A stretch of 52,046 bases of DNA, from the NCBI GenBank assembly GCA_043228905.1, contig JBHGNT010000212.1, positions 1-52,046 on the forward strand. Reading direction: 5' to 3'. This document shows positions 1 to 9,627 of the stretch, one piece after another. The notes beneath the pieces are model-generated. The model was given only the letters and a program-made list of their open reading frames with translations, did no database searches and was not told the DNA's origin. Numbering within the stretch: the stretch's first letter is position 1; the number at the start of each line of letters is the position of its first letter. The position numbers and the translations under genes were made by a program. Origin of the DNA: Azolla caroliniana (Eukaryota > Plantae > Polypodiophyta).

Positions 1-80
1 AACGTGAGACCCGAGAGACGGGAGGTGGCAGCAAGAAAGGTAAAGTCGGAAGCCGGTTCGGATGGAAGGTGATCCGGACG

Positions 81-260
81 GGATTCCGATCCGAAAGAAA
101 GCCGAACCGGGTAAAAGAGGATTCGACCGAAAGTCGACCCAAAAGAAAGCCGAACCGAAAGGAAGAAAATTCAACCGAAAGACGACACAAACGAAAGCCG
201 AACCGGGCAAATGAGGATTCAGCCGAAAGACGACCCGAAAGAAAGCCGACCCGAAAAAGG
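81..260 (+). repeat. Degenerate 48-bp tandem repeat, about 4 copies
   Basis: The AAAGCCGA(A/C)CCG core recurs with GCC at 101, 149, 197 and 245. Confidence 0.75.
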
Positions 261-833
261 GTCGACTCGGTCAAAACCGATCGACCGAGTCTGACTTGGC
301 AGAACGCGAATATGGATGGAAGCCGACCTAGCCGAAAGCCAATCGGACGAGACCGATCCGGAAAGAAGCTAATCCGACTCAATCGGAGGTTGGACCGGTC
401 GAGGCTGGTGAAAACGAGGAAAAGAAAGCCAACCGAAACCGAAACCGATAGATCGAAACTGGGCCGGAAGGAGACCGACTCAATCGAAACCGAACAACCG
501 ATTCCGATTTGGCCGAATACGAATCCGATCGGAAGCCGATCAAACCGAAAGATGATCGGACAAGAGCGATCCGGAAAAAAGTCAAGGTTGATGAAGACAA
601 GAAAGAGGCCAGTAAAAGACACTACCACGAATGACAAGGGCCAAGAATATGACGAGAGAGAACAAAGAATATGGTGGATCGGATGGCGACAATGGTTCGG
701 GTGGAAAGAATGGGTCTACTCAAAATGGAGAGACAAAGTTGACATAGCGGGACAAACAGAGGATGAAGGGGAGACAACGAGCATCGGCAACTTCGGCACA
801 TACCGGAGGATGTGCGGGTTCGGAGGGGGCGAG

Positions 834-1699
834 TGTCGTAGTGTATTTCGTACATTACGTGAAAAAGTAAAAATAATATAACCGATTTAATTACATATAA
901 ATAAATAAAATAAGAATATCAAGATATTTATCACGTGCATAGGGCAAGATTCGAACCCTGTACCTCCACGTAGCTAAACCTCAACTTTACCATTGTGCTA
1001 CCTTATCTTTAGTGTTCTACAAATAGATTTAATAACTATAAGTGGTTTATTTGCACCTACCTTTATTAAAAGGTAAATCGTGCATTTTTAGAGTGCGTGA
1101 ATATTTTATAGAAAAACGCAAGCAACTAAAAAGTGACTCATGCACATCTAGCGTGCATGAGCACTATATTTAGCAAATAAAAGCAAGGATTAGAAAAGCA
1201 TCACATGCACATTTAGTGTGCATGAACATATTAGAAAAAAAAAGCATGTAGCTATGCTTAGTCTCTCCCATCACTACATAAGGATGGGGAGCACAATGTA
1301 ATAGGGGTGTGAAATATTTGGGAAATTGGATATATTTCCTAAAACACCAATTAATAAAATATACTCGTGGGATTCACGAAGTTTAAGATAATCTATCTCT
1401 TTCAATCTAAATTCATATTCTTACATAAATATTGATTAATGTAATACTTGTGGGATTCACAAGGTTTGATCTCTTTTCTCAATCTACTCTAATCTATTCT
1501 AAATTATTTCAATTTATTACTACGATTTAGATAAACTAAAACAATTATACTTGTGGGATTCACAAGTTTCTATATCTCTTTCTTATAATCTATTCATATT
1601 CATAACTAGATTAGCCTCAAATTCTTCCTCCTCCTAGTCCAAAACCCCAGTGGTTCCCACCCGACTCACGCAAACGATCCGGAGCTGAAAGGCACGACA
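834..1699 (+). repeat. 3' LTR of family A (866 bp)
   Basis: Inverted termini TGTCGT...ACGACA. Three internal ATACT(T/C)GTGGGATTCAC repeats (~1361, 1444, 1547). Collinear with the reverse complement of 44140-44968. Confidence 0.85.
935..1007 (-). promoter_or_regulatory. tRNA-derived / Pol III A-box plus B-box cassette inside the family-A LTR (not a functional tRNA)
   Basis: Minus strand reads TAGCACAATGG (1000-990) ... GGTTCGAATC (957-948) at tRNA spacing. Stems are degenerate. An equivalent cassette is at 44808-44860. Confidence 0.6.
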
Positions 1700-1904
1700 A
1701 CGTATGCATATGAGGTCAATACCTCGATTTCGTTGTAAATGATATGCGTAAGAGGTCAATACCTCAATTGCTTATCACGATGAACCCTTACTTTTGGATG
1801 TTTTGTGTGCGTAGATGGTATATGCCTCGATTACGTATCTTGATTACATCATTTTTGGCTATTTGATGTAACGATTTGTTTAATGTACACATATGTGGTC
1901 ACGT

Positions 1905-2694
1905 TGTCGTGAAGAAAACCGTCCATAGGCGGAATCGGCGCACCAAGGCGTGGAACCGGTTCTTCACGCGCGCACGCTCCAAGTAGTACATAGAAGCGAA
2001 TTAGGAGGATAATCGGCAGGAACGGGCCCTAACTCAAGTGGAGACAAAGACCGCGCGAACAGTCTTTTCGGTCGCGCGCGCGAACTGTACGAGTCGGCGG
2101 CGTAACTACGCGGATGCGTGGAAAAACGGAGCGGATCCCTGTCCAAAAGGGACAGGGAATAAAGCTGACAGGACGGCCTGCTCGTCGGCCTATATAAGGA
2201 GCGGGAAAGAGCTGTTGCAGAGATATCTCGCGCAGAGAGGACGAAGTGCTGCCGGACCGTTTCTGGACGCTTCGCTCTCTGTTTCCTTCCTTCTTGAGCT
2301 CCATAGCTTTCCGTGCAGGGTTCCGAGGAGGCTCGCGCTGTTTTCGAGGAACGCCCGAGTGCTTCCGGCAGCACCTCCGACCAGCTACAGCCCTTTGAGC
2401 GTCGAAGTGAACAGGCATCGGCATCTGTTCGCCGGCCTGTTCGGTCGTAACCAACCTGTGCCCCGTCGAGGGTTGTAGTCGTGTTAGCCGTTTTTCTTAA
2501 TATACACATTTAGCCATTCGCATCTGTCTGTGTCGGTTTCTGTTCGTGTTCTCCGTGCTGAAGGGCCGTGTCCCTGTGTACCCCCGGTCCTGCGTAGCCG
2601 GTTCTCTCTCTTTCCCCCTCCCTCGCTTGCTCTTTGGTTCGAGACCCCCGCGGTCCCGCCTCGATTCCACACGCACTTGCATAATATCCCGACA
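1905..2694 (+). repeat. 5' LTR of family B (790 bp)
   Basis: TGTCG...CCGACA termini; TATATAA at 2191; duplicated at 8413-9203. Confidence 0.97.
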
Positions 2695-2697
2695 TCT

Positions 2698-2715
2698 TGG
2701 TGAACCCGACGTGAA
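2698..2715 (+). promoter_or_regulatory. Primer-binding site complementary to the 3' end of tRNA-Trp
   Basis: TGGTGAACCCGACGTGAA is the 18-nt complement of the plant cytosolic tRNA-Trp 3' end as I recall it (...UUCACGUCGGGUUCACCA). It starts 3 nt after the LTR. Confidence 0.85.
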
Positions 2716-2737
2716 AGAGGCGGCAGAAGAGCAGAAG

Positions 2738-4519
2738 ATGAGGGGGTCGGATCTCGCAGAGGCCATGGCTTCGGCCGTGGATCGGATTGTAAACGCGCGC
2801 GAGAGCACCGGTGCCCTCGACAGAGCTATTGAGGCGGTCGTCGGTACGATCGGCCGGTTCGATGGGAAGGATGCCACGAAGTATTTGGCGTCCTACGGTG
2901 CAGAGATGCTGATACGGGACATTCCGGAAGGAAGGCGTCTTGCCGGATTTCCCCGAGTGGCGATGCCGAGCATCCATGCGGAGGTGCTCGAGGTGCGGGC
3001 GGAGAGCCGTACCTGGGAGGAGTTCGAAGGTCGGCTCCTAGAGAAATACGGGCTGGACGACGTGCTCCGGCTTTCGAAGCGAAGGTTCATGGAATGGGTG
3101 GAGTCCCCGGGGAAGGGAAGAAACGCGTCGGCACTCCTCCGGGAGTTCGAGGAAAACTTTGCGCGCCTTTCGGCGCTCGACCGAACCATCCTGGACACGA
3201 GCCGGGTCTTGCTGTTTGTCAAGTCGGTCGACGAGCGGGATCGGGAGCAAGTGGGCCTCTTGCTGGAAACCGAAGACGGGCTCACTACCGACTGGGCGGC
3301 TGTCAAGAAGGTCTGTGGCCGTTTCGACAAACGGCGAGAATGGGCGGATAACGGGGTAACCGGGTCGGGCTCGGTCGCAGCAAGGAAGTTCGAACCAGCG
3401 CCACAGGTGCGAAAGGAAGAGACCCGAGAGTGGTTGGAAACCGGTTCGGCTTCGACCGGCGTAGTCAGAGGCTCAACCGGAGGAGCGGCGCTGGAGGAAT
3501 TGACGAGGGCGGTAAAGGACCTCCAAATCGCGCAAGCCCGAAGGGAAGGTGGCGAACCGGCTCGTGACCGACGGCCGGCGGCAGGAAACAGGTGCATGTG
3601 GTGCGATGAAGTCGGCCACATTCGGAAGGACTGCGGCGACTTCGCGGAGGCGCTGAGGGACAGGGTGGTGTACCTGTGGGAAGGACGGGTGCATGCCAGC
3701 GACACCCGAAGGGCCCTGAGCCGAAACGACGGAAAAGGTGGTATGAAAAGGTTGATGGAAGAGGCGGCGGCCCGACACGCGGAAACCGTCCACTACTCGG
3801 CGTCGGCCGGCATTCGAGTCGGGGGCGGCGAGGCCCGAAGGGAAAGCAAAGCCGGATTCTGGCCGACGATGCTGGAAGGCCTTGCCGGTGCAAGGCTTAA
3901 AGGGGAGGAATCGGACCGTGCGGAGAAACGGGTACGGGAGATGACCGGGTGGAGCGACCCGGTCGAGGAACGGACGGGCTTCGTGGAAGCCGCTTGCCAG
4001 AACTACGAGGCTCTGGTAGAAGAGAAGCGGGTGGGGAAACCCGGGACGACCGGGCCCTCACAACGATACGAGACCCGGTCCGGGCCACGACGGGACGAAT
4101 CCGGCGGGGCCGGCACGCAAGATAAACCCCAGAAGGGCGGGTACCGTCTGGGGACGGAGATAGAAAGGACCACGGACTTACGGAAGGTCCTGGAGGAACG
4201 GATCCTCGACAGCAAGGTGGAGCTGTCGTTACGAGAGGTGCTGGGAATCGCCAAGAAGGAGTTCCACGACTCCATCGTGGACTTGGTGAAACGGAAGAGG
4301 CTGTCGACGGAGACAACCGGAAAGACCGGTGGAAGTGCGGACGACGCACCTAGACGACATGGCGCTGGGAGACGAGTGGGCGGAAAGCCACTATTCGAGG
4401 CCACACTGGGCCCGAGCGACCACGGAAACCCCGGTGAAGATCGGCGATGTCCAGGAACCGGTGACAGCTTTGGTGGACCACGGATCGGAGATCAATTTGA
4501 TGTCCATGGACTTCTATAA
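2738..4519 (+). CDS. gag: Gag of family B (homology probably ends near 4310, where the frame changes to protease)
   Basis: First ATG after the PBS. FDGKDA retrotransposon-gag-like motif and CCHC knuckle CMWCDEVGHIRKDC. Confidence 0.85.
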   Translation: MRGSDLAEAMASAVDRIVNARESTGALDRAIEAVVGTIGRFDGKDATKYLASYGAEMLIRDIPEGRRLAGFPRVAMPSIHAEVLEVRAESRTWEEFEGRLLEKYGLDDVLRLSKRRFMEWVESPGKGRNASALLREFEENFARLSALDRTILDTSRVLLFVKSVDERDREQVGLLLETEDGLTTDWAAVKKVCGRFDKRREWADNGVTGSGSVAARKFEPAPQVRKEETREWLETGSASTGVVRGSTGGAALEELTRAVKDLQIAQARREGGEPARDRRPAAGNRCMWCDEVGHIRKDCGDFAEALRDRVVYLWEGRVHASDTRRALSRNDGKGGMKRLMEEAAARHAETVHYSASAGIRVGGGEARRESKAGFWPTMLEGLAGARLKGEESDRAEKRVREMTGWSDPVEERTGFVEAACQNYEALVEEKRVGKPGTTGPSQRYETRSGPRRDESGGAGTQDKPQKGGYRLGTEIERTTDLRKVLEERILDSKVELSLREVLGIAKKEFHDSIVDLVKRKRLSTETTGKTGGSADDAPRRHGAGRRVGGKPLFEATLGPSDHGNPGEDRRCPGTGDSFGGPRIGDQFDVHGLL

Positions 4520-4862
4520 GAAGGGCAAATGGCCGATCAACACCAAGCACGGGTGGAAAATAAGGGCAGCAACGCGCGCCACCGAGGAACTGCACGGGGC
4601 CTGTCCGAATGTGCGAGTCAAGATTGGCGACGTCGAGATTGACCAGCACTTCTTCGTGCAGGAGACGTCTTCGCATCCGGTCATTCTGGGAGAGCCGTAC
4701 ATCACGGCGGCGCGAATGGAGACCAAAGTGCTGGACAATGGTTCGGCCTACGCGAGAGTCAAAAGCCAAGACGGGCGCCATTCGGTCCAGTTTCTGACGG
4801 TAAGGCCGAACCACGAACGTAACCGCGATTCCCTCGGTTCCGAAACCCGAGAGGATTTTTAG
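4290..4862 (+). CDS. Retropepsin-like aspartic protease (atypical DHG triad), in the +1 frame relative to gag
   Basis: ALVDHGSEIN and VILGEPY motifs. Frame is open from 4290 to the TAG at 4860-4862. Confidence 0.85.
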   Translation, partial: NGRGCRRRQPERPVEVRTTHLDDMALGDEWAESHYSRPHWARATTETPVKIGDVQEPVTALVDHGSEINLMSMDFYKKGKWPINTKHGWKIRAATRATEELHGACPNVRVKIGDVEIDQHFFVQETSSHPVILGEPYITAARMETKVLDNGSAYARVKSQDGRHSVQFLTVRPNHERNRDSLGSETREDF

Positions 4863-7800
4863 AGAGGACTGCCAAGGCGTGGGGCCGCGACAGTCCGGAT
4901 GCTCCGGGAAAACCCCACATCTGTACGATAAAACCGTGTACAATAGGTAGGAAATTTTGCTTCTCCGACAGCGGAGCATGTACGATGGTCGGCATCACCG
5001 GCCGAGAGAAAACAAAGACGGAGGGGAGACTTCGGGCGTGCGGAGTTCTCGGCTCTGACGAAGGAATCAACGGAGCCGTGGAGGCAGTCTCTTTCGACGA
5101 CACCTTGGGAATGCTGGGGAAGGTAGTCGAAGAAGACCTTAACGAAGACCGGACGATACCGGTATGTTCCGAAGAAATGTACGAAGTCATCGCGGACTTC
5201 GGTCGAGGGCTCGAGTCGGAACGGACGGCCCGGGTGAGCACCAAGTACAAGACAGTGGACCGGAAGGTGAGGCCAGTTGCGGCGCCCTTACCGGAGGGCA
5301 GTGAATTCCGGATTAAAGGGGTTGCATCGGACCCCAGCTTACGAGATCGGGCCTGCATAGGACACACCTTCACCAACGAGACGCTCCGCGAGCTGAAGAT
5401 CGGTGGGGGCGGGTTCCTACTGCCGGCGGAGGAAGACCGGTTCCGGAGAATGCTCGGAAGGCACGGGAAAGCCTTCGCATTCTCGCCGGAGGAAATCGGG
5501 TGCGTGGACCCGACGATCGTAGAGCCGATGGTGATATTCACGGTACCGCATGTACCGTGGAATCTCAAGCCAATTTCGGTTCCGAGAGCTCACATCCCGA
5601 AGTTGATGGAGCTGTTGAAGCAGAAAGTTGATATGGGCATTCTCGAGCCGTCGAGCGCCCCGTATTCAAACCGCTGGTTTACCGTACCAAAGAAAAACGG
5701 ATCATTGCGCTTCATTCAGGACCTGCAGTCGGTCAATAGAGTGACCATTCGGAACGCGGGGATCGGACCGACCATAGACGAGTTCGCGGAGGCCTTCGCC
5801 GGAAGGTCGATTTACTCGGTCGGTGATCTATACTCAGGGTATGACCAGTTCCAGCTAGCCGTGGAGAGCAGAGACATTACGACGATGCGAACTCCCCTCG
5901 GCCTAGTGCGGATGTGTACGCTGCCGCAAGGAGGGACCAACTCGGTGGCCCACATGGTGAATGCGATGAACAAGGTGCTGAGGGACTGCATCCCGAACAT
6001 CACCATGCCGTTTCTAGACGACATCCCAATCAAGGGATGCCCGGTAGAAGAGAAGGACGAGACGATCGGGCCGGACGGATGCCGGCGATTCGTGACGGCG
6101 CACATCGACGACTGCGAGAAGGTGCTGCAAAGGCTAGAGGAGGCGAGGCTCACCTTCTCGGGGGAGAAATCAGCCTTCGGGCAGTCGGAAATCATGGTGG
6201 TCGGACACTTATGTGGGCCATATGGCCGGAAACCGTCTCCGGCAAAGGTAGAAGCCATCTCCGCGATGAAGCCCGACTGCAGCTCGGTCACGGAAGTGCG
6301 AAGATTCCTGGGGGCATGCGCATTCTACCACATATGGATCCCGCATTACGCCCACGTTGCGGAGCCGCTATACGGATTACTGAGGAAAGGGCGAAGATTC
6401 GAATGGCTAGACAAGCACACGGAGTCGGTCCGGAAGCTGAAGGAGGCTCTTTCGGCAGCACCGGCGCTCCGAAAGGCCGTCTACAGGAAGGGCACCCCAG
6501 TGTACATAACGGTTGACACGAGTCCGACCGGAATCGGGTGGGTCGTCAACCAAGAAGACGAGGACGGCAATCGGTTCTCGATCCGATTCGGTGCGAAGGT
6601 CCTCAGCGAACGGCAGCGAGGATACGCCCAGGTTAAACGCGAACTCTAGGGTATCGTTTCGGCGGTGAAGGCCGACAAGGACTATCTGATCGGGACGGAG
6701 GTAATCATAGAGACGGATTGCATGCCGATTCTCGGCATGATTTCCGGATGCGCGACGCCGGACCTGGCAATGCTCAGGTGGATAGCGTATATCAAGTCCC
6801 TAGACCCGGTAATACGACACATTTCCGGGAAAGACAACGCCATGGCCGACATGCTTTCAAGGGCGAGATTCGATGACGAGGGCGGCATGGTTTCGGAGGA
6901 CGAAGACGTCGGCGTGGACTTCTTCGAGACTGCGTATGTAACAACAGACGGAACAAGCACTCCGGCGCTTAACGACTTCGACGCGAGCAAGTACGACGGG
7001 GAGTGGCTGCAGATCGGTGGGTTTCTGAAGACAATGACGCCCGATGCGTCATGGACGAAGGACGAGGCCGACCGGATCCGGAAGAAAGCGTACCGGTTCT
7101 TTCTCCGGGATAGCTGTCTATGGAAGCACCCGAAGAAGAAGGACGGCGTTCCGCTCCGGGTGGTGGCGATGAAGGAAGAACAGGAGGAGCTGCTGACGGC
7201 CTACCACGACAGCCCTTGGGCTGGACACCGTGGAACATGGGCTACGTTTGAGAAACTGAAGGGGAAGTATTGGTGGCCGGGGCAGTACCAGGACGTGCAT
7301 CGGTTCGTGACAACTTGCGAGAGCTGTCAGATGCACTCCACAGTCCGACATTGGGACGAGCTTCACCCCACGTACCCTCCGACCATCCACTTCAAATGGA
7401 TGGTAGATCTGGTGACGATGCCAATGGGAGTAGGACAGATGCGGTACCTGGTCCTAGCGCGGGAGGATCTGACGAACCAGGTGGAAGGCCGGGCCCTTCC
7501 GAACAAAACAACCGCGGCCGTATGCCGGTTCCTAGTCGAGGACGTGATATGCCGGTATGGGTGCGTCGGAAAGATCGTGGCTGACCGAGGGGAGTTGGAC
7601 GCCGAAGAAGCCGCGGAGCTGTTCGACCGGCTGGGAGTCAAGCTCTCGCTCACCACTGCGTACAATCCGGAGGCGAATGGAAAGGTGGAGCGCGGACACG
7701 GACCGATCGTCAAGGCGTTGGTTCGGGCATGCAGAGGCCGAGTCGGTAACTGGCCGCGGCTGCTACCTTATGCTTTGTGGGCGGACCGGACCACGCACAG

Positions 7801-8341
7801 TTCGGTAACCGGGTACATGCCGACGGAGCTCATGTTCGGCCAGAAGCCGATCATGCCGATGGAACGGACGATCTCCTCGTGGGCAACGGTCGACTGGAGG
7901 GACGAGATGAGCCGGGAGGAGTTGTTGGCCGCGCGCATACGACAGCTCGAGCGGAGACCGGAGGACGTGGAACTGGCTGCGGAGAAGCTCCGAGTGGCGA
8001 GGAGAAAGAACAAAGCCAGGTTCGACCGAACGCACCGGCTCCGACCGAAGAAAATCGAAGAAGGTGACTGGGTGCTCGTCTACGATAGCAGCCTCGACAA
8101 CCAGCACCGAGCTACACGGAAGTTCGCACGAAGGTGGTTCGGGCCTTACGTGGTACGGAGCGCCAATGACAACGGGACATACCACCTGGCGGAACTCGAC
8201 GGCACGAGAATGACGATACCGGTTGCAGGGAAACGGATCAAAGCGTTCAAGAAGCGACACGACGACGAGCCAGACCCGGCTCTCCTGGTCGGCAGTGACG
8301 AACGATCCGAAAACGAGGAAGAACCGACGGGCGAGGAATGA
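4823..8341 (+). CDS. pol: Pol (RT-RNase H-integrase) with one in-frame TAG at 6647-6649
   Basis: RT: VPKKNG, PQG, FLDD. RH: DTS...REL*GI...ETD...ADMLSR. INT: HHCC, D-D-E and GPY. ORFs 4985-6649 and 6665-8341 share a frame that is open from 4823. Confidence 0.92.
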
Positions 8342-8412
8342 AGACGGGCCGGTTTTCTCCGTCCCAACTCTCTTGGCGCATACCGGAGGATGCGCGGTTA
8401 GGTGGGGGCGGA

Positions 8413-9203
8413 TGTCGTGAAGAAAACCGTCCATAGGCGGAATCGGCGCACCAAGGCGTGGGAACCGGTTCTTCACGCGCGCACGCTCCAAGTAGTACAT
8501 AGAAGCGAATTAGGAGGATAATCGGCAGGAACGGGCCCTAACTCAAGTGGAGACAAAGACCGCGCGAACAGTCTTTTCGGTCGCGCGCGCGAACTGTACG
8601 AGTCGGCGGCGTAACTACGCGGATGCGTGGAAAAACGGAGCGGATCCCTGTCCAAAAGGGACAGGGAATAAAGCTGACAGGACGGCCTGCTCGTCGGCCT
8701 ATATAAGGAGCGGGAAAGAGCTGTTGCAGAGATATCTCGCGCAGAGAGGACGAAGTGCTGCCGGACCGTTTCTGGACGCTTCGCTCTCTGTTTCCTTCCT
8801 TCTTGAGCTCCATAGCTTTCCGTGCAGGGTTCCGAGGAGGCTCGCGCTGTTTTCGAGGAACGCCCGAGTGCTTCCGGCAGCACCTCCGACCAGCTACAGC
8901 CCTTTGAGCGTCGAAGTGAACAGGCATCGGCATCTGTTCGCCGGCCTGTTCGGTCGTAACCAACCTGTGCCCCGTCGAGGGTTGTAGTCGTGTTAGCCGT
9001 TTTTCTTAATATACACATTTAGCCATTCGCATCTGTCTGTGTCGGTGTCTGTTCGTGTTCTCCGTGCTGAAGGGCCGTGTCCCTGTGTACCCCCGGTCCT
9101 GCGTAGCCGGTTCTCTCTCTTTCCCCCTCCCTCGCTTGCTCTTTGGTTCGAGACCCCCGCGGTCCCGCCTCGATTCCACACGCACTTGCATAATATCCCG
9201 ACA
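8413..9203 (+). repeat. 3' LTR of family B (791 bp)
   Basis: Near-identical to 1905-2694; preceded by the PPT. Confidence 0.97.
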
Positions 9204-9627
9204 ACGTGTATACATATTTGATCGTATATATGTGATAAGTAAACATACATGTATATTTGATATTACGTGCTTTCTATCGAATGTTTTCCTTGTCGGGAAA
9301 AGGATCTTGGTGGCTGTCCTCACATTTTTGTGAGAATGGCGTTTTCACCATCCCTTTTTCAACAATTTTTTGTTGACATCCCCGTTGGTCACTTTGATAT
9401 TTCGTTACGTAATGAAACAATCATAGACACAATGGTGTTGAGTACGTAGGGTTTAACCCACTTCATGTGAGGTCGCTCCTATGACACACATATCCACCAT
9501 CCCTCCCTCATTACATGGATATGATGCCACCATGAGATCATTCTTACAAAAGGCATTCGTAATAACGTAACCATGTGATGGGCCACGTGGGCCTATTACG
9601 AAAAGAGGCCTCATTTGGCTTGACCAT

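Larger units (their letters stand above)
1..1699 (+). mobile_element. 3' part of an LTR retrotransposon (family A, AT-rich LTR): purine-rich 3' internal region, PPT and 3' LTR
   Basis: PPT GGAGGGGGCGAG (822-833) is directly followed by TGTCGT (834). The LTR ends ...GCACGACA (1699), followed by ACGT. A homologous copy lies on the minus strand at 44140-~45300. Confidence 0.85.
1905..9203 (+). mobile_element. Full-length non-chromovirus Ty3/Gypsy LTR retrotransposon (family B), recent insertion
   Basis: LTRs 1905-2694 and 8413-9203; I saw only a 1-bp indel and 1 substitution between them. TSD ACGT (1901-1904 / 9204-9207). tRNA-Trp PBS, gag-PR-RT-RH-INT order, PPT ~8400-8412, no chromodomain. 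Confidence 0.97.

Noticed and set aside
69-881. 270-aa Arg/Lys-rich ORF as a real gene
   Set aside because: Low-complexity translation of purine-rich repeats with a GTG start, running into the LTR. Only a short block is shared with the second copy.
1964-2509. ORFs within LTRs and antisense to gag/pol
   Set aside because: They are duplicated only because the LTRs are, have no recognisable motifs, and are expected shadows in GC-rich DNA.
2637-2660. GGTTCGAGACC as a tRNA 3' half or B-box in LTR B
   Set aside because: No upstream A-box or pairing T-stem; it abuts the U5 motif.
6647-6649. In-frame TAG in RNase H as programmed readthrough
   Set aside because: It lies mid-domain where a sense codon (probably TGG) is expected and has no CARYYA context. 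A point mutation is simpler.
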